A DNA stretch of 64,000 bases from Octopus bimaculoides (taxonomy: Eukaryota): contig NC_069000.1 of NCBI RefSeq assembly GCF_001194135.2, positions 21,016,701 to 21,080,700 on the forward strand. The letters are read 5' to 3'. Positions within the stretch are counted from its first letter, which is position 1. Each line of letters starts with the position of its first letter. The notes under the pieces are model-generated. The model made no database searches, was not told the origin of the DNA, and worked only from the letters and a program-made list of their open reading frames with translations. Both the position numbers and the translations under genes were made by a program. Below are positions 24,660 to 37,810 of the stretch, piece by piece.

Positions 24660-25500
24660 AACGTCTGCGTAGTCGCCGGACCTGCGAGAAATAGCTGCTA
24701 AACCTTCCTCAAATCTCAATTTGCCGTCTTAAACAGGTGAAGGACACGTTGTAAAATTATAGGTCAGATTGCACTATGTCCGAATAGAGAGACAAGACAG
24801 TCACGGATGAAATATCTTTAATCATACGTTTGCTCATTAGCAGCTGACCTGGTGCTACACACCAGCATCAACATTATTTCGACAAACCAATGAGGAAGTT
24901 TGTATCCTGGTCACATGAACCGCTAGAACTAACAGCTAAATCTCCTTTCATTTATATTATGTTGTTCTAAACTGGAAATCGCATTAGATAATGTAATCTT
25001 GGATGCACTATGATTAAATAATAAACAGGATGATCACGGTAGGAATGCCTTAATCCGAGGTTTGCTTGAACAAGGCTGACCTGGGGTTAAACAACAACAG
25101 TGTAGCGTTATTTTCGAAGCCGATTATTAAATGAGTAGGCGTTGATGTGACGCGCTTTCCTCCTCCTACTGCCCTACCACTTCCACTGTTGCTAACTGTG
25201 GATATTTATTCAACGTAGGGTAGTACACTCCCAAATATATCACACACATATACATTAGGCAGACACCAACAAGGACGCATCTACGTAGGCGCTGAAACAT
25301 TCAGAAATAGCAACTAAATATCCCTCAAATCCCACTCTACTGTCTAGAAAAAAGAATAAGTTGGATAACGTGAAACTAGGTTTCCTGCACACAAGAAAAA
25401 ATGATGGGATGGATGGGATAGTCACTACCAGAACGCCTTTGATCACAGATCTTCCCGATAAGGGCCGTCTAAGGACTAGGCAACAACAACAATGGGAACA
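24660..25500 (+). repeat. Three clustered copies of repeat family D
   Basis: gaaatagc..ctaaa..cctcaaatc recurs at about 24686, 24925 and 25303. Tails read gctgacctgg(g/t)g..a.acaac. Confidence 0.7.
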
Positions 25501-25548
25501 AGAACAACAGCATGAAAAAACACGTTTGTTTTGTATTACTCTTTGCGC

Positions 25549-25893
25549 TGTGGAGGCGCAATAGCCCAGTGGTTAGGGCAGCGGACTCGCGGTTTCGATT
25601 CCCAGACCGGGCTTTGCGAGTGTTTATTGAGCGAAAACACCTAAAGCTCCACGAGACTCCGGCAGGGGATGGTGGCGAACCCTGCTGTACTCTTCCACCA
25701 CAACTTTCTCTCACTCTTTCTTCCTGTTTCTGTTGTGCCTGTAATTCAAAGGGCCAGCCTTGTCACACTGTGTCACGCTGAATATCTCCGAGAACTACGC
25801 TAAGGGTACACGTGTCTGTGGAGTGCTCAGCCACTTGCACGTTAATTTCACGAGCAGGCTGTTCCGTTGATTGGATCAACTGGAACCCTCAAC
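25549..25893 (+). mobile_element. SINE family A, tRNA-like head (cut by a gap)
   Basis: gtggaggcgcaatagcccagtggttagggcagcggactcgcgg...ggtttcgattcc. Confidence 0.9.
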
Positions 25894-26169
25894 NNNNNNN
25901 NNNNNNNNNNNNNNNNNNNNNNNNNNNNNNNNNNNNNNNNNNNNNNNNNNNNNNNNNNNNNNNNNNNNNNNNNNNNNNNNNNNNNNNNNNNNNNNNNNNN
26001 NNNNNNNNNNNNNNNNNNNNNNNNNNNNNNNNNNNNNNNNNNNNNNNNNNNNNNNNNNNNNNNNNNNNNNNNNNNNNNNNNNNNNNNNNNNNNNNNNNNN
26101 NNNNNNNNNNNNNNNNNNNNNNNNNNNNNNNNNNNNNNNNNNNNNNNNNNNNNNNNNNNNNNNNNNNNN

Positions 26170-26370
26170 NCTATAGGCAAAGGATCTGAAATCGTGGAGG
26201 AGACTTGTTGATCACATCGACCACAAGGCTGAACTGATTTTTATTTTATCGACCGCGAAAGGATGAAAGGCAAAGTCAACCTTAGCGGAATTTGAACCCA
26301 GAACGTATAGATGGAAGAAATGTCGCTAAGCATTTCGCTCAGCGTGCTAACGATTCTACCCGCTCGTCGC
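26170..26370 (-). mobile_element. SINE family C
   Basis: ttttatcgaccgcgaaaggatgaaaggcaaagtc...gtgctaacgattct. Confidence 0.85.
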
Positions 26371-27929
26371 TTTGGGGGTCGATTCAGACAATTAACCCAG
26401 GAGTCTCGACTGGGGTCCATATGACTGTTGGGATGTGGGGGGGTCCATATAAGATTTTGTTGTTAAAATTTATCTACAATAAATTGGTTATAGTTTTAAA
26501 ATATACAAAATATCTTTATTTTTTTTTATACAATTTCTAATAAAATTTAATTATAAAAATACAATAAGATTTTTTTAAACATCGAATTTGCTAGGAGGAT
26601 CCATTCAAATGAAATAGAAATCAAAAGGGCCTATAGGCAAAAAATGGTTGAGAACCAGCGGATTAACCCCTTCTGAATTTCTGTACTTGTGCCGAAGATA
26701 GATATTATTATCATTGAAGACTGACAGAATTGTTCAAGTTTCAAAATGCCTCGTAGTTATTTTTCTGGGTCTTAACGTTCTGAGTTCAAAACCTACCATG
26801 GCCAGCTTTGCTCTTCAGTCCTCCAGGGTCGATAAAAAGAAGCACAAAACTAGTTCTCGGATCAGTTTGACTTACCTCTTTCCACCAAATTCCTACCCGT
26901 ATTAGAAACAATTATTATAATGTAATGATAGGATTGACTACCCAACACACATACACCCACAACCAACCTTCCTGCGTCAGTAAAATAAGTACCAATCATT
27001 ATTAGCATCATGAAATCCATTGTACTCTCCCGGCAAAAGTTTTAACCTAGTGCCAATACTAATGATCATCTTCATTATTATTAAAGTATCAGTCTCAAAT
27101 ACTATTTTTATCGCCTAATCTCCCTCCCGAGAACTCTGCAATTTCTTGCTGAACAACCAAACTTTTTTTTTTTTTTTGTAGTGACCAAATGTTTGTGTTC
27201 ACAGAAGCTTACTCCCTCCATCAGGTCAACATTGTCTGTACAGGTACTTAGTGCGCTAAGTGTCAGATGTAGAAATGATGAAATGATCGTAGAGCAACAT
27301 GAAATGAAGAGTTTTGCTCAAGAATACAACGCATCGCCCGCTTTGGGAAGCGAAAGCACGATCTCGCAACACCCTAGCCACTAAGCCATATATATATATA
27401 TATATATATATATTTAATGTGTATATAGTATGTGTGTACATGTGTATGAAAATATGTATGTATATGTATGTATATATGTAACGTATGTATATTTGTTCCT
27501 TTCTTTCTCTTTTTAATTTAGGGTAAATTTTGACCGGGCACATACTTGGTAGCACAGCCTTTAAATCTTAAGGTCTTGTAGATTTTTATAGTCCTAGATA
27601 TCATGATCATATGGATTAAGGATTTGCATTTTTCCCCAAGTCCAGATGGGTTGGTATGTATCCTGTTGCTCCAATAATAATAGATATGAACCTGAAAGTG
27701 TATGTATGTATGTATGTATATGGTTCGCCTTTTTCGCCTTTAGTCGACCGTACTGCAGAGACAGTTGTTTAAATTCCTCTGTGTACCCGAGTTATTTGCA
27801 GAAGCAAGTGCCTTGCCCCAAGTATACAAACCACCTCTCTACTCGTGGAAACGCCACGAATGAAAAGCAAGTCAATACATTCGTAGCATCCATGGAGACG
27901 CAGGGGATGCCAGATATTGCTTTCAAATT

Positions 27930-28135
27930 ATGGCACAAGGCCAGAAATTTCAGGGGAGGGGTAAATCAATTACATCGACCCTAGGGCTCAACTGGTAATT
28001 ACCTTATTGACCCCCGAACGGATGAAAGGCAAAGTCGACTTCAAGCAGCATTTGAACTCAGAATGCAAAGTCGGAAGAAATGCCGTTGAGCATCTTTTTC
28101 CGATGCGGTAACGATTCTGCCAGCTCGCTGCCCTA
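27930..28135 (-). mobile_element. SINE family C
   Basis: ggatgaaaggcaaagtcgac...aacgattctgccagctcgctgcc. Confidence 0.85.
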
Positions 28136-28299
28136 TACGGAGATGTCAGACATTGGTTAAGTAAACCCAATATGTTTTCTATGGGGGAGTTTATTCCCAT
28201 AGTTTTTTGTTTGTTTAACTCTGGATAAATGACCCCTCAAAGAAGCAGGAATTTACTATTATAGTGGGCACGCATGTGCGTAGTTAGTGTCACTCTGTC

Positions 28300-28620
28300 A
28301 TCCTTCAAATTTGTATTCACCGTATGCAAGTTCCACGAGCCCAGTAGTTATCAGAATGTAGGATTTGTATAGAGTTACCTTCTCTTAGATGAGCAGCTAA
28401 AAAGCTGAAGGGCTTCATTCATCTACCTTGGGTCTGGGAGTGAACTTCTTCCAGAGGTAATTCGATGACATGCTAATTAATCCATAGCTGGGACACTCCA
28501 GGCCAGAGTAGGTCTGGGAATGTTGCTTAAGAGATGGTTCCACACACCTCAAAACCTTGGAACTCCCGAACCAGGGCCCCACTAATGGAAGCAGTTTAAA
28601 GTCATACCCAGTACATATGC
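28300..28620 (-). mobile_element. 3' end of an RLE-type (R4-like) LINE
   Basis: Minus strand GYDFKLLPLVG(AL) resembles the DYEFSFVPIIIGVL segment of ORF 41751..42116. Confidence 0.45.
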
Positions 28621-29154
28621 ATACATTTTTGTGTATGTATGTATGTATGTATTTATATATGTATGTATACATGTACATACGTATATACTTAAGACCGTAT
28701 ATATATGTGTGTAAATATATATATGTATATATATATNNNNNNNNNNNNNNNNNNNNNNNNNNNNNNNNNNNNNNNNNNNNNNNNNNNNNNNNNNNNNNNN
28801 NNNNNNNNNNNNNNNNNNNNNNNNNNNNNNNNNNNNNNNNNNNNNNNNNNNNNNNNNNNNNNNNNNNNNNNNNNNNNNNNNNNNNNNNNNNNNNNNNNNN
28901 NNNNNNNNNNNNNNNNNNNNNNNNNNNNNNNNNNNNNNNNNNNNNNNNNNNNNNNNNNNNNNNNNNNNNNNNNNNNNNNNNNNNNNNNNNNNNNNNNNNN
29001 NNNNNNNNNNNNNNNNNNNNNNNNNNNNNNNNNNNNNNNNNNNNNNNNNNNNNNNNNNNNNNNNNNNNNNNNNNNNNNNNNNNNNNNNNNNNNNNNNNNN
29101 NNNNNNNNNNNNNNNNNNNNNNNNNNNNNNNNNNNNNNNNNNNNATATATATGC

Positions 29155-29190
<36 letters not shown>

Positions 29191-29415
29191 GCATATATTT
29201 ATATATGTATATATATGTATATATATATGTATATATATGTATGTATATATATGTATATATATATATATATATGTGTATATGTATATATATGTATATGTAT
29301 ATGTATATATATGTATATGTATATGCATATATATATATGTATATGTATATGTATATGCATATATATTTATATGTATATGCATATATATGTATGTATATAT
29401 GTATATGTGTATGTG

Positions 29416-29495
<80 letters not shown>
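28620..29495. repeat. (TA)n/(TATG)n microsatellite containing a gap
   Basis: Directly visible. Confidence 0.95.
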
Positions 29496-29497
<2 letters not shown>

Positions 29498-29823
29498 CAT
29501 AATTATAAAATATAATTATAATAAAGGGCGCTGAATTGACAACGCCTATACGCTAGAAATACACGCCAAATGTACTACAAACCACTTCAGTTATTACTCC
29601 GTTACTCTGTTACCACAAGGTTGTATGCGAGGAAATGGACAGAAGGGATTTATAAAATATTGTGGACAACCTTGTACCTTAAGATTTCATGGTTTGCGAT
29701 ATTAAAAACACGTTCCAATCTTCAGTAGGGTAAACCAATCGTAAATGAGAAATTCATATACACACCGTAGGCATACAGTCGTACAAATACGAGTATATAT
29801 ATATGTATTTCACACATATATAC

Positions 29824-29854
<31 letters not shown>

Positions 29855-30439
29855 TGTATGCAATAGGTGGAGGGGATAAAAAATAAAGATTTTAAAGCTT
29901 CTGCAAACTTTATGAAGGGAAATGATTTTTGTGTTGTAGCAGACGACTACAATTTATGCAGACCTCAAAGGTCTATAGACCTCGAAGGAAAAAAAATTAC
30001 ATATTTCCGCACATGTCGATGGACTGCGAAAGTAACACGAATACCCTCTTAGCAGCATCATTAGGCCTCCGGGTAACTCAGTATTTATTCATTGACAGCA
30101 GGCCATAGCATATATAGGTCAGATTTGGGTATCCAAAACCCGCGGGGCTCTCGGGCAACTTGCCACTGTACTCATGCCTAAAGACGACACTACTCACCGT
30201 GTCAGAATGGTAATTTAAATGAAGCATCTTACTTTTTGGATATGCTTTGGAGCAAAACTGTTTTTTTTTATTCTAATAAAAAGTAGAGACCATAAAAAGA
30301 TTAAACTTCACTGTCTTATTACGATGAGTTGCCGATGGAACAGAAGCAATGGTTGTATTTAAACAAAAAAGCGATGCCAAATATGAAATTCCCTCTTTCC
30401 ACATTCATAAGAACGGTTGGATGAATAAAGCTGAAGTAT

Positions 30440-30840
30440 TCTTTTATTCTTTTATTTTACTTGTTTCAGTTATTTGCTGGAGCTCCGCCTTTAAGGGTTT
30501 TAGTCAAACAAATCGAACCCAGGGCTTATTCTTTGTAAGCCTAGTACTTATTCTATTGGTCTCTTTGGCCGAACTGCTAAGTTACGGGGACGTAAATACA
30601 CTAACATCGGTTGTTAAACAATGATGGTAGGACAAACTCAGACACAAAGACACACACACATACATATATACATATATTAATACAACGGGTTTCTTTCAGT
30701 TTCTGTCTACCAAATCCATTCGCAAGGTTTTAGTCGACCCGAGACTGTTGTAGAAGACACTTGCCCAAGGTGCCACGCAGTAGGACTGAATCCGGAACCA
30801 TGTGGTTGGGAAGCAAGCTTCTTACCACACAGCCATACTT
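30440..30840 (-). mobile_element. SINE family B, full length
   Basis: Head at right (rc gtatggctgtgtggtaagaagcttgcttcccaaccacatggttccgg), internal CA tract, tail at left. Confidence 0.9.
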
Positions 30841-30899
30841 GTGAATATATGTTTATATATTCAAAATTCATAAAATAGGCACCCACGTGGTTTATGAAA

Positions 30900-31420
30900 G
30901 GAGAGGAATTTGTTAATGTGAGACATGTTTAGATTTCATTTAACAGATAATGTAAAAAGAAAGACTATAACGAAGCAATACTGTAACATCAATAGTTCTA
31001 GAAAGATTAACGTCTGTGCTTTACCCTCTGCATATCAACCTAAATAAACCTTTTAAATACAATATTTGTTTAGAGTGGTATAAATGAATGGTAGACGGAG
31101 AAAAGATGTTCGCTAAGGTTGTAGAGATATTCACGAAAGGTGCTTCACTATTTGATGTGTTACGAAATTTGTGTGGTAAAATCTTGGGACGATGTTTGTG
31201 AAGGAACTGTCGTGAAGTGTTTCAAAAACAATAGCATCTCAAGTATAATAGATGGGTAAGACAGTAATTTGCTGTGGCAAGAAAGTGACGAAGAGAAAGA
31301 CAGTGAGTATTAGAAAGACGAAGTGGGAACATCCGTTTATTCAGAGCCGTATGCAGCATGTCTTTTTAGATCAAAGGATGAAGAGTGGTTGAAGAAAGAT
31401 TTTGAAGGATTTTAAAAGGG
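30900..31420 (+). mobile_element. pogo-type DDE_1 transposase C-terminal remnant
   Basis: LTSVLYPLHINLNKPFK (cf. TSVLQPLDVSLNKPFK) and VVKSWDDVCEGTVVKCFK...LLWQESDEE. Confidence 0.7.
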
Positions 31421-31535
31421 TTCAGTCCCACCTGCGGAGCACCTTGAGCAAATGTCTTCTACTATAGCCTCGGGCTGACCAAAACCTTATGAGTGGATTT
31501 CGTAGAAAAAAGCCTGTTGTGTATGCTTGTATGTA

Positions 31536-31607
<72 letters not shown>

Positions 31608-31616
31608 TACACATAC

Positions 31617-31830
31617 ACGAAAGGTGCTGAAAAGTTCCTGGCCGTAAGGGTATCACGAAAGGTCTGGTTGGAGGCCCAACCTTCCGAGTTCTTTTACAGG
31701 GCTTACAAAAACTGAAGAACAGCTGCAATAAGTGTGAATCAGAGAGGAGAACATGTTGGATAAAATCATAATTAACTGATCCTCCTGTATTTTGTTTTAC
31801 CCAAAGCAGGAAATTTTCAGCACCCACTCG
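31617..31830 (+). mobile_element. Mariner-derived MITE
   Basis: Inverted ends ggtgctgaaaagttcctg / caggaaattttcagcacc. Interior resembles a mariner transposase C-terminus (CNKC..RGEHV). Confidence 0.75.
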
Positions 31831-33870
31831 CGCTGGGCCGAGAGCACTGAGTTGCCCTTCACCACCGCTTGATAACCGGTGTTGCTGTGTTTGCGTCCTC
31901 GTAACTTAGCGGTTCGACAAAATAATAACTGAATAAGTACCAAGCTTTAAAAAATAAGTACTAGGGTCGATTCATTCGACCAAAAACTCTTCAAGATAGT
32001 ACTCTAGCATGGCCGCAGTCTAATGACTGAAACAAGTAAAATGAAAATGATTTTTTAAAATCTTAATTGATCTTGGAGTGTAAATTTATAAAATATGTAC
32101 GAGTAAATGATTTCAAATTATAGTACATTATCTTAGATTTTTGGTTTTAATCGCCAGTAAAACAACTGTCAAGTAACGTTTATTTTAGATGTTGTACCAT
32201 ATAAGTACTATTATAATGCCAATGTGAATATATTTAATAAACGGTCATAATGTATCATTAATCTGTCATGACACCTTGTACTGTAATGTATACGTCCCGT
32301 CCCGGCAATCTTTCTCTGAAATCAGAATTACATCAGTCATACATGAAACATGCAAATCTTGCGCATTAACCAAATGTTATGGGAAAATACTGGTATTATT
32401 TTTTTTATAATACCCATTAGCCATAAATGAATATATTCATGTGAATTCACAATCTATTTTGCTTTCGTGATATTGCGCAGAGACACGCATACCGTGGTTG
32501 TTTGACAATGGCACTCCGCTCAATGTTTATAGTCAGTGTATCAATTGTTGGCAACAACACCTGCAGAAGTGCTAATTGGATTTGTATAGCTGATCTATAT
32601 TAATCTTTGTTAATCTGTTCAAAATGTTCACCAAACACGAGATTTAGCTGGAACATGCTTGTGGCAATCTGCTTGAGTTGTGCTAAGTGGTGTACAACAA
32701 GTATTAGGAGTACTGCTTCACTGGTTAGCCATCCTCTGGCATAAGTCGCATCTTATTATTATTCCAGTAAAGTTGAATCCTACTTTTGAAGACATGTCCT
32801 CAGACTTAAAACGTCTATTTGTACCTCGCAATTTATGGTATCTGTGCCAGTGTGTGCGTGCGTGTGTGCATACCATATATATATATATATATATATATNN
32901 NNNNNNNNNNNNNNNNNNNNNNNNNNNNNNNNNNNNNNNNNNNNNNNNNNNNNNNNNNNNNNNNNNNNNNNNNNNNNNNNNNNNNNNNNNNNNNNNNNNN
33001 NNNNNNNNNNNNNNNNNNNNNNNNNNNNNNNNNNNNNNNNNNNNNNNNNNNNNNNNNNNNNNNNNNNNNNNNNNNNNNNNNNNNNNNNNNNNNNNNNNNN
33101 NNNNNNNNNNNNNNNNNNNNNNNNNNNNNNNNNNNNNNNNNNNNNNNNNNNNNNNNNNNNNNNNNNNNNNNNNNNNNNNNNNNNNNNNNNNNNNNNNNNN
33201 NNNNNNNNNNNNNNNNNNNNNNNNNNNNNNNNNNNNNNNNNNNNNNNNNNNNNNNNNNNNNNNNNNNNNNNNNNNNNNNNNNNNNNNNNNNNNNNNNNNN
33301 NNNNNNNNNNNNNNNNNNNNNNNNNNNNNNNNNNNNNNNNNNNNNNNNNNNNNNNNNNNNNNNNNNNNNNNNNNNNNNNNNNNNNNNNNNNNNNNNNNNN
33401 NNNNNNNNNNNNNNNNNNNNNNNNNNNNNNNNNNNNNNNNNNNNNNNNNNNNNNNNNNNNNNNNNNNNNNNNNNNNNNNNNNNNNNNNNNNNNNNNNNNN
33501 NNNNNNNNNNNNNNNNNNNNNNNNNNNNNNNNNNNNNNNNNNNNNNNNNNNNNNNNNNNNNNNNNNNNNNNNNNNNNNNNNNNNNNNNNNNNNNNNNNNN
33601 NNNNNNNNNNNNNNNNNNNNNNNNNNNNNNNNNNNNNNNNNNNNNNNNNNNNNNNNNNNNNNNNNNNNNNNNNNNNNNNNNNNNNNNNNNNNNNNNNNNN
33701 NNNNNNNNNNNNNNNNNNNNNNNNNNNNNNNNNNNNNNNNNNNNNNNNNNNNNNNNNNNNNNNNNNNNNNNNNNNNNNNNNNNNNNNNNNNNNNNNNNNN
33801 NNNNNNNNNNNNNNNNNNNNNNNNNNNNNNNNNNNNNNNNNNNNNNNNNNNNNNNNNNNNNNNNNNNNNN

Positions 33871-33906
<36 letters not shown>

Positions 33907-34277
33907 CATATACATTATATATATATACATTATATATATATACATTATATATATATATATATGTTATATACATACATATACATTATAAATATATACATTA
34001 TATATATACATATACATTATATATATACATATATATTATATATATACATATACATTATATATATATATATATATATATGTTATACACATATACATTATAC
34101 ATATACATTATACATATACATTATACATATACATATACATTATATATATATATACATTATATATGTACATATACATTATATATATATATATACATTATAT
34201 ATATATACACATACATTATATATATATGTATATACATTATATATATACATATACATTATATATATGTATGTATATAC

Positions 34278-34316
<39 letters not shown>

Positions 34317-34393
34317 TCACTCGTATATGTGTATACATTCCTACATACCTTTTATGCATTTTCATATCAAAATGCCCACCAGACAAAAGACAA

Positions 34394-34444
<51 letters not shown>

Positions 34445-34445
34445 T
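33871..34445. repeat. (TATATACAT)-type and (GATA)n microsatellites
   Basis: Directly visible. Confidence 0.95.
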
Positions 34446-35129
34446 CAGTGAGGGCGTATATTTTTTCTATCTGAGAAGTAATACTTATTCTAGAGTATTG
34501 AGTACGAAAATATTTGTTTATGCTGCAGAATAGTTTTACTACAAAGCCATATGCCTGTCATATATCGAAGTACGGGACTGAATACTCAAAAACATCCTGG
34601 CTGGTTCGATACCGTAAATACATAATTCGATGTCAGTTTTTGTTGTTGTTGTGTAATCCCTGGTCAACAAACCTTTGATCAAATGGATTCTAGCCATCAC
34701 CATCTTATCTTTCAAAGCAATTTTTTTTCTGATTATTTTAACCAATATATTCTTAAGAAGGGTTAAGCTGTTATTTTATATCAGATGGAACGACTACGTT
34801 GACATTCTCTCTTTAGCTCCTTTATTTTATGTATTACTTAAACAGACCCCACATTCTAGAAATAGCCACTAAATCTTCCATGAATCACATAAAACTTTCT
34901 TCGAAAAGGCAATGAGAAAACGCATTCGCACATAGTTTTTGGACACGCAATGCTTAAGAGAAAAAAAATACGAGATAACCGTAGATGGAAGACCTATGAG
35001 CCTCAGAGCTGAATTGAGGCAAATCAGTCACAAAAGCATTTACACAAATGAAATTAGAAGGAGGATAGTACGTTGACTAGGGTTTCAGATAAACAGTCTA
35101 AGGACCAGTCGTTTGGATATTGGTTTGAA

Positions 35130-35335
35130 ATTTTGACACAAAGCCAACAAGTTCGGGAGAGGGCTTAAGTCGATTACATCGATCCCTATGCTCAACTGGT
35201 ACTTATTTTATCGTCCCCGAAAGGATGAAAGGCAAAGTCGACCTCGGCGGAATTTGAACTCAAAAACGTTAAGACAAACGAAATACCGCTAAGCAGTTTG
35301 CCCTGAATGCTAACAACTCTGCCAGCTCGCCGCCT
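35130..35335 (-). mobile_element. SINE family C
   Basis: ggtacttattttatcgtccccgaaaggatgaaaggcaaagtcgacctcggcgg. Confidence 0.9.
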
Positions 35336-36375
35336 GCAGTTCTTTGTATATTGTTACTGCTATTATGTTCAGAAACAAGAACTGAACTTTTTACGGCCAA
35401 GTCCACTAATCTTTCTTCACAGTATCATTTTATTCTATTTCATTTGTACTACCTTTATTTACACAATATTTTCACAAAGAAAATCACTCTGTTTTCAAAA
35501 AAGGGCATAGTGAAGAATTCGCATGTGGCTGTGTGGTAAGAAGCTTGCTTTCCAACTNNNNNNNNNNTGTGGCTGTGTGGTAAGAAGCTTGCTTTCCAAC
35601 TACATGGTTCCGGGTTCAGTCCTACAGCGTAGTACCTCAGGTAAATGTATATAACCTCCGACTGACCAAAATGTACTATAACCTCCGACTGATCAAGGCC
35701 TTGTCGGTGGATTTTGGTAGACGTGTTTGTGTGTGTCCCACCACCACTTGACAACCGGTGTTGGAGTATTTACGTCCCTGCAACTTAGCGGTTCGGCAAA
35801 ATATACCGATAAATTTATAAATTATTTAATTGCATCATCTAACACCTATTTCAGTAAAGATAATGACCGAATCACGCAATCCGGGCTAGGTATGTTTTCT
35901 AGTCTTCGCTTCGTCAGAGATTCTCATACCGATTCGCTATGAATCTCTGACAAAGTAAGACCTAGAAAATCTACCTGGCCCAAATTGCATAATTCGGTCA
36001 TTACCTTCACAGTAACATATGTATGACGATGAAGTTAAATAATTTATGAACCGACTCTTCAATTTTGCTTTTTCGGTATGTACATTGTGACCTTTGTATG
36101 GAGACTAGTGAAAGGAAATTTGAAACATAGTACACAACTATGAACCAGTTTATGCATACATGTATAAGTATGTGTATATAAACATACGTATGTATATGTA
36201 TGCATATATATATACGTATGTATGTATTTTGTATAGGTGTGTGTAGGCCTGTATATGTATATATGTGTGTGCAGACGTATGTTTGTGAATAGTTATGTTT
36301 ATATATATATATATAACCTCGTGGGCATCGGTACCATTTTCCTCTTTCTCCGTTCTTCCATTCACCGAACTTTCC

Positions 36376-36414
36376 ATCTTTCCGACGAAGGGCTACGCCC
36401 GAAACGTCATACAC
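36376..36414 (+). ncRNA. Minimal type I hammerhead ribozyme motif in a Penelope-like terminal repeat
   Basis: ttt-CCGACGA-A-GGGC-tac-GCCC-GAAAC-GTC-ata. The core differs from CUGANGA at position 4. Confidence 0.65.
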
Positions 36415-36581
36415 TCTCTCTTTCCTTTCCTGAGCGTCCAATAACACTATCCGTATCACGTCCTCACTTTGTTGTTTTCTTTTTGTTATTGTTTTTTTTA
36501 ACTTATNNNNNNNNNNNNNNNNNNNNNNNNNNNNNNNNNNNNNNNNNNNNNNNNNNNNNNNNNNNNNNNNNNNNNNNNNNN

Positions 36582-36613
<32 letters not shown>

Positions 36614-36699
36614 GTGTGAGTGCATGTTTTTTGATAGATAGATTCATTTTTATGTGAGCGTGCGTTTAAAAACCTTTGAGCAATGAGAGCGTAGGCAAA

Positions 36700-37810
36700 A
36701 TATGTAAGGTGATGTCAATAACTGAAAACAAAGAGGAAAGGTATTGTATTACCTCACATAGGTTGTGTAATGATCCTATAATATTTCGGGGAAGCTTCCC
36801 CTTTTCAAATATATGAAAGAAAATAAGCAGAGTTCGGAAAATATGCTGTTCTTTATAGCTGAGGTAGGTTAAGATGGATTGGTAGTATCAGTAGCAGTAG
36901 ATAGTATGGTGTAGCATGGGCAACAGTAGCCAGAGTCGTGCCTTGAAAAATTAGTGTACTTGTGTGAAGGAGTTCTTGGAAAAGTTACTGGACAATTGAC
37001 GAACTTCACAGGTAAAGTTAGTCCGTATGGTTTCATGACATTTTCTTAATTCAAAATGGACTATCTGAACTTTGTTATTAAGTGTGATGAAGTGTGTTCT
37101 AGTGATGAGTTGAGAATGTGCAAGAATTAAGAGAAAGAGGTGAATAGGTGTGGTAATAACGGCGGTACTAAATTCTGCGGCATAATAAATTTGTGCAAGT
37201 GGATGAAGGAGTTGTTACTTGTTATAGTATGTTTTGGAAGGTTGATCGTTCAACATCTGTAGTTACTATTCTTTCTTTTCTAGGTACGTCAGTGTCGTAC
37301 TCATTCTCACATACTCCCGTACTGAAGTGAATTCTACCTTTGATGCATTCAACAATATTGATAAATGCTTTGATTCACTATTAAACACCTCGATGAAGCA
37401 GAGACTCTTCTACTAGTTGATGTTATATTCAACATTTCGGAAAAAGGTGAAACCACCACACGATTCTTATATACAAAAACGGCCTGCGGAGACATGTTCG
37501 TGTACTTTATATCAGCTCCCCACCACTATACCAAGCACAACAACATACAAAATGAACTTGCTCGCATTCGTAACAGATGTGACAAAGCGACCGACCGACC
37601 GACACATTTACGCTGTGCATTTCCAAAAAAGTTTCAAACTAAATGGATACCCCACATCTTCCACCCATCCCCAACAAGGTCAACGACGTAAAACAGAACA
37701 ACAGCCACTAGAATGCCAACTTCCTGACTGGAGCTACCACAGCTCAGTGGGACAAATACCACCGCCATTCGAAAAGCTATTCGTAGTGAGATTAAGAATT
37801 CTGACCTAAA
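36700..37810. mobile_element. Penelope-like element remnants: probable minus-strand 5' part plus a plus-strand RT C-terminus
   Basis: 37320-37600 (+) reads FNNIDKCF*FTIKHLDEAETLLLVDVIF...LYTKTACGDMFVYF..HHYTKHNNIQNELARIRNRC, matching the PLE IKFT.E...LPFLDV...YRKPT..HP..HK pattern. The minus-strand part is assigned only by context. Confidence 0.65.

Noticed and set aside
25549-25615. tRNA gene
   Set aside because: It is the tRNA-derived head of SINE family A. It continues into the SINE body and lacks a complete cloverleaf; the same applies to the heads at 55.6k, 59.8k and 15.2k.
35525-35600. Direct duplication of tgtggctgtgtggtaagaagcttgctttccaact
   Set aside because: The copies flank a short N gap, typical of an unmerged contig overlap. 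The same is seen at 22680-22800.
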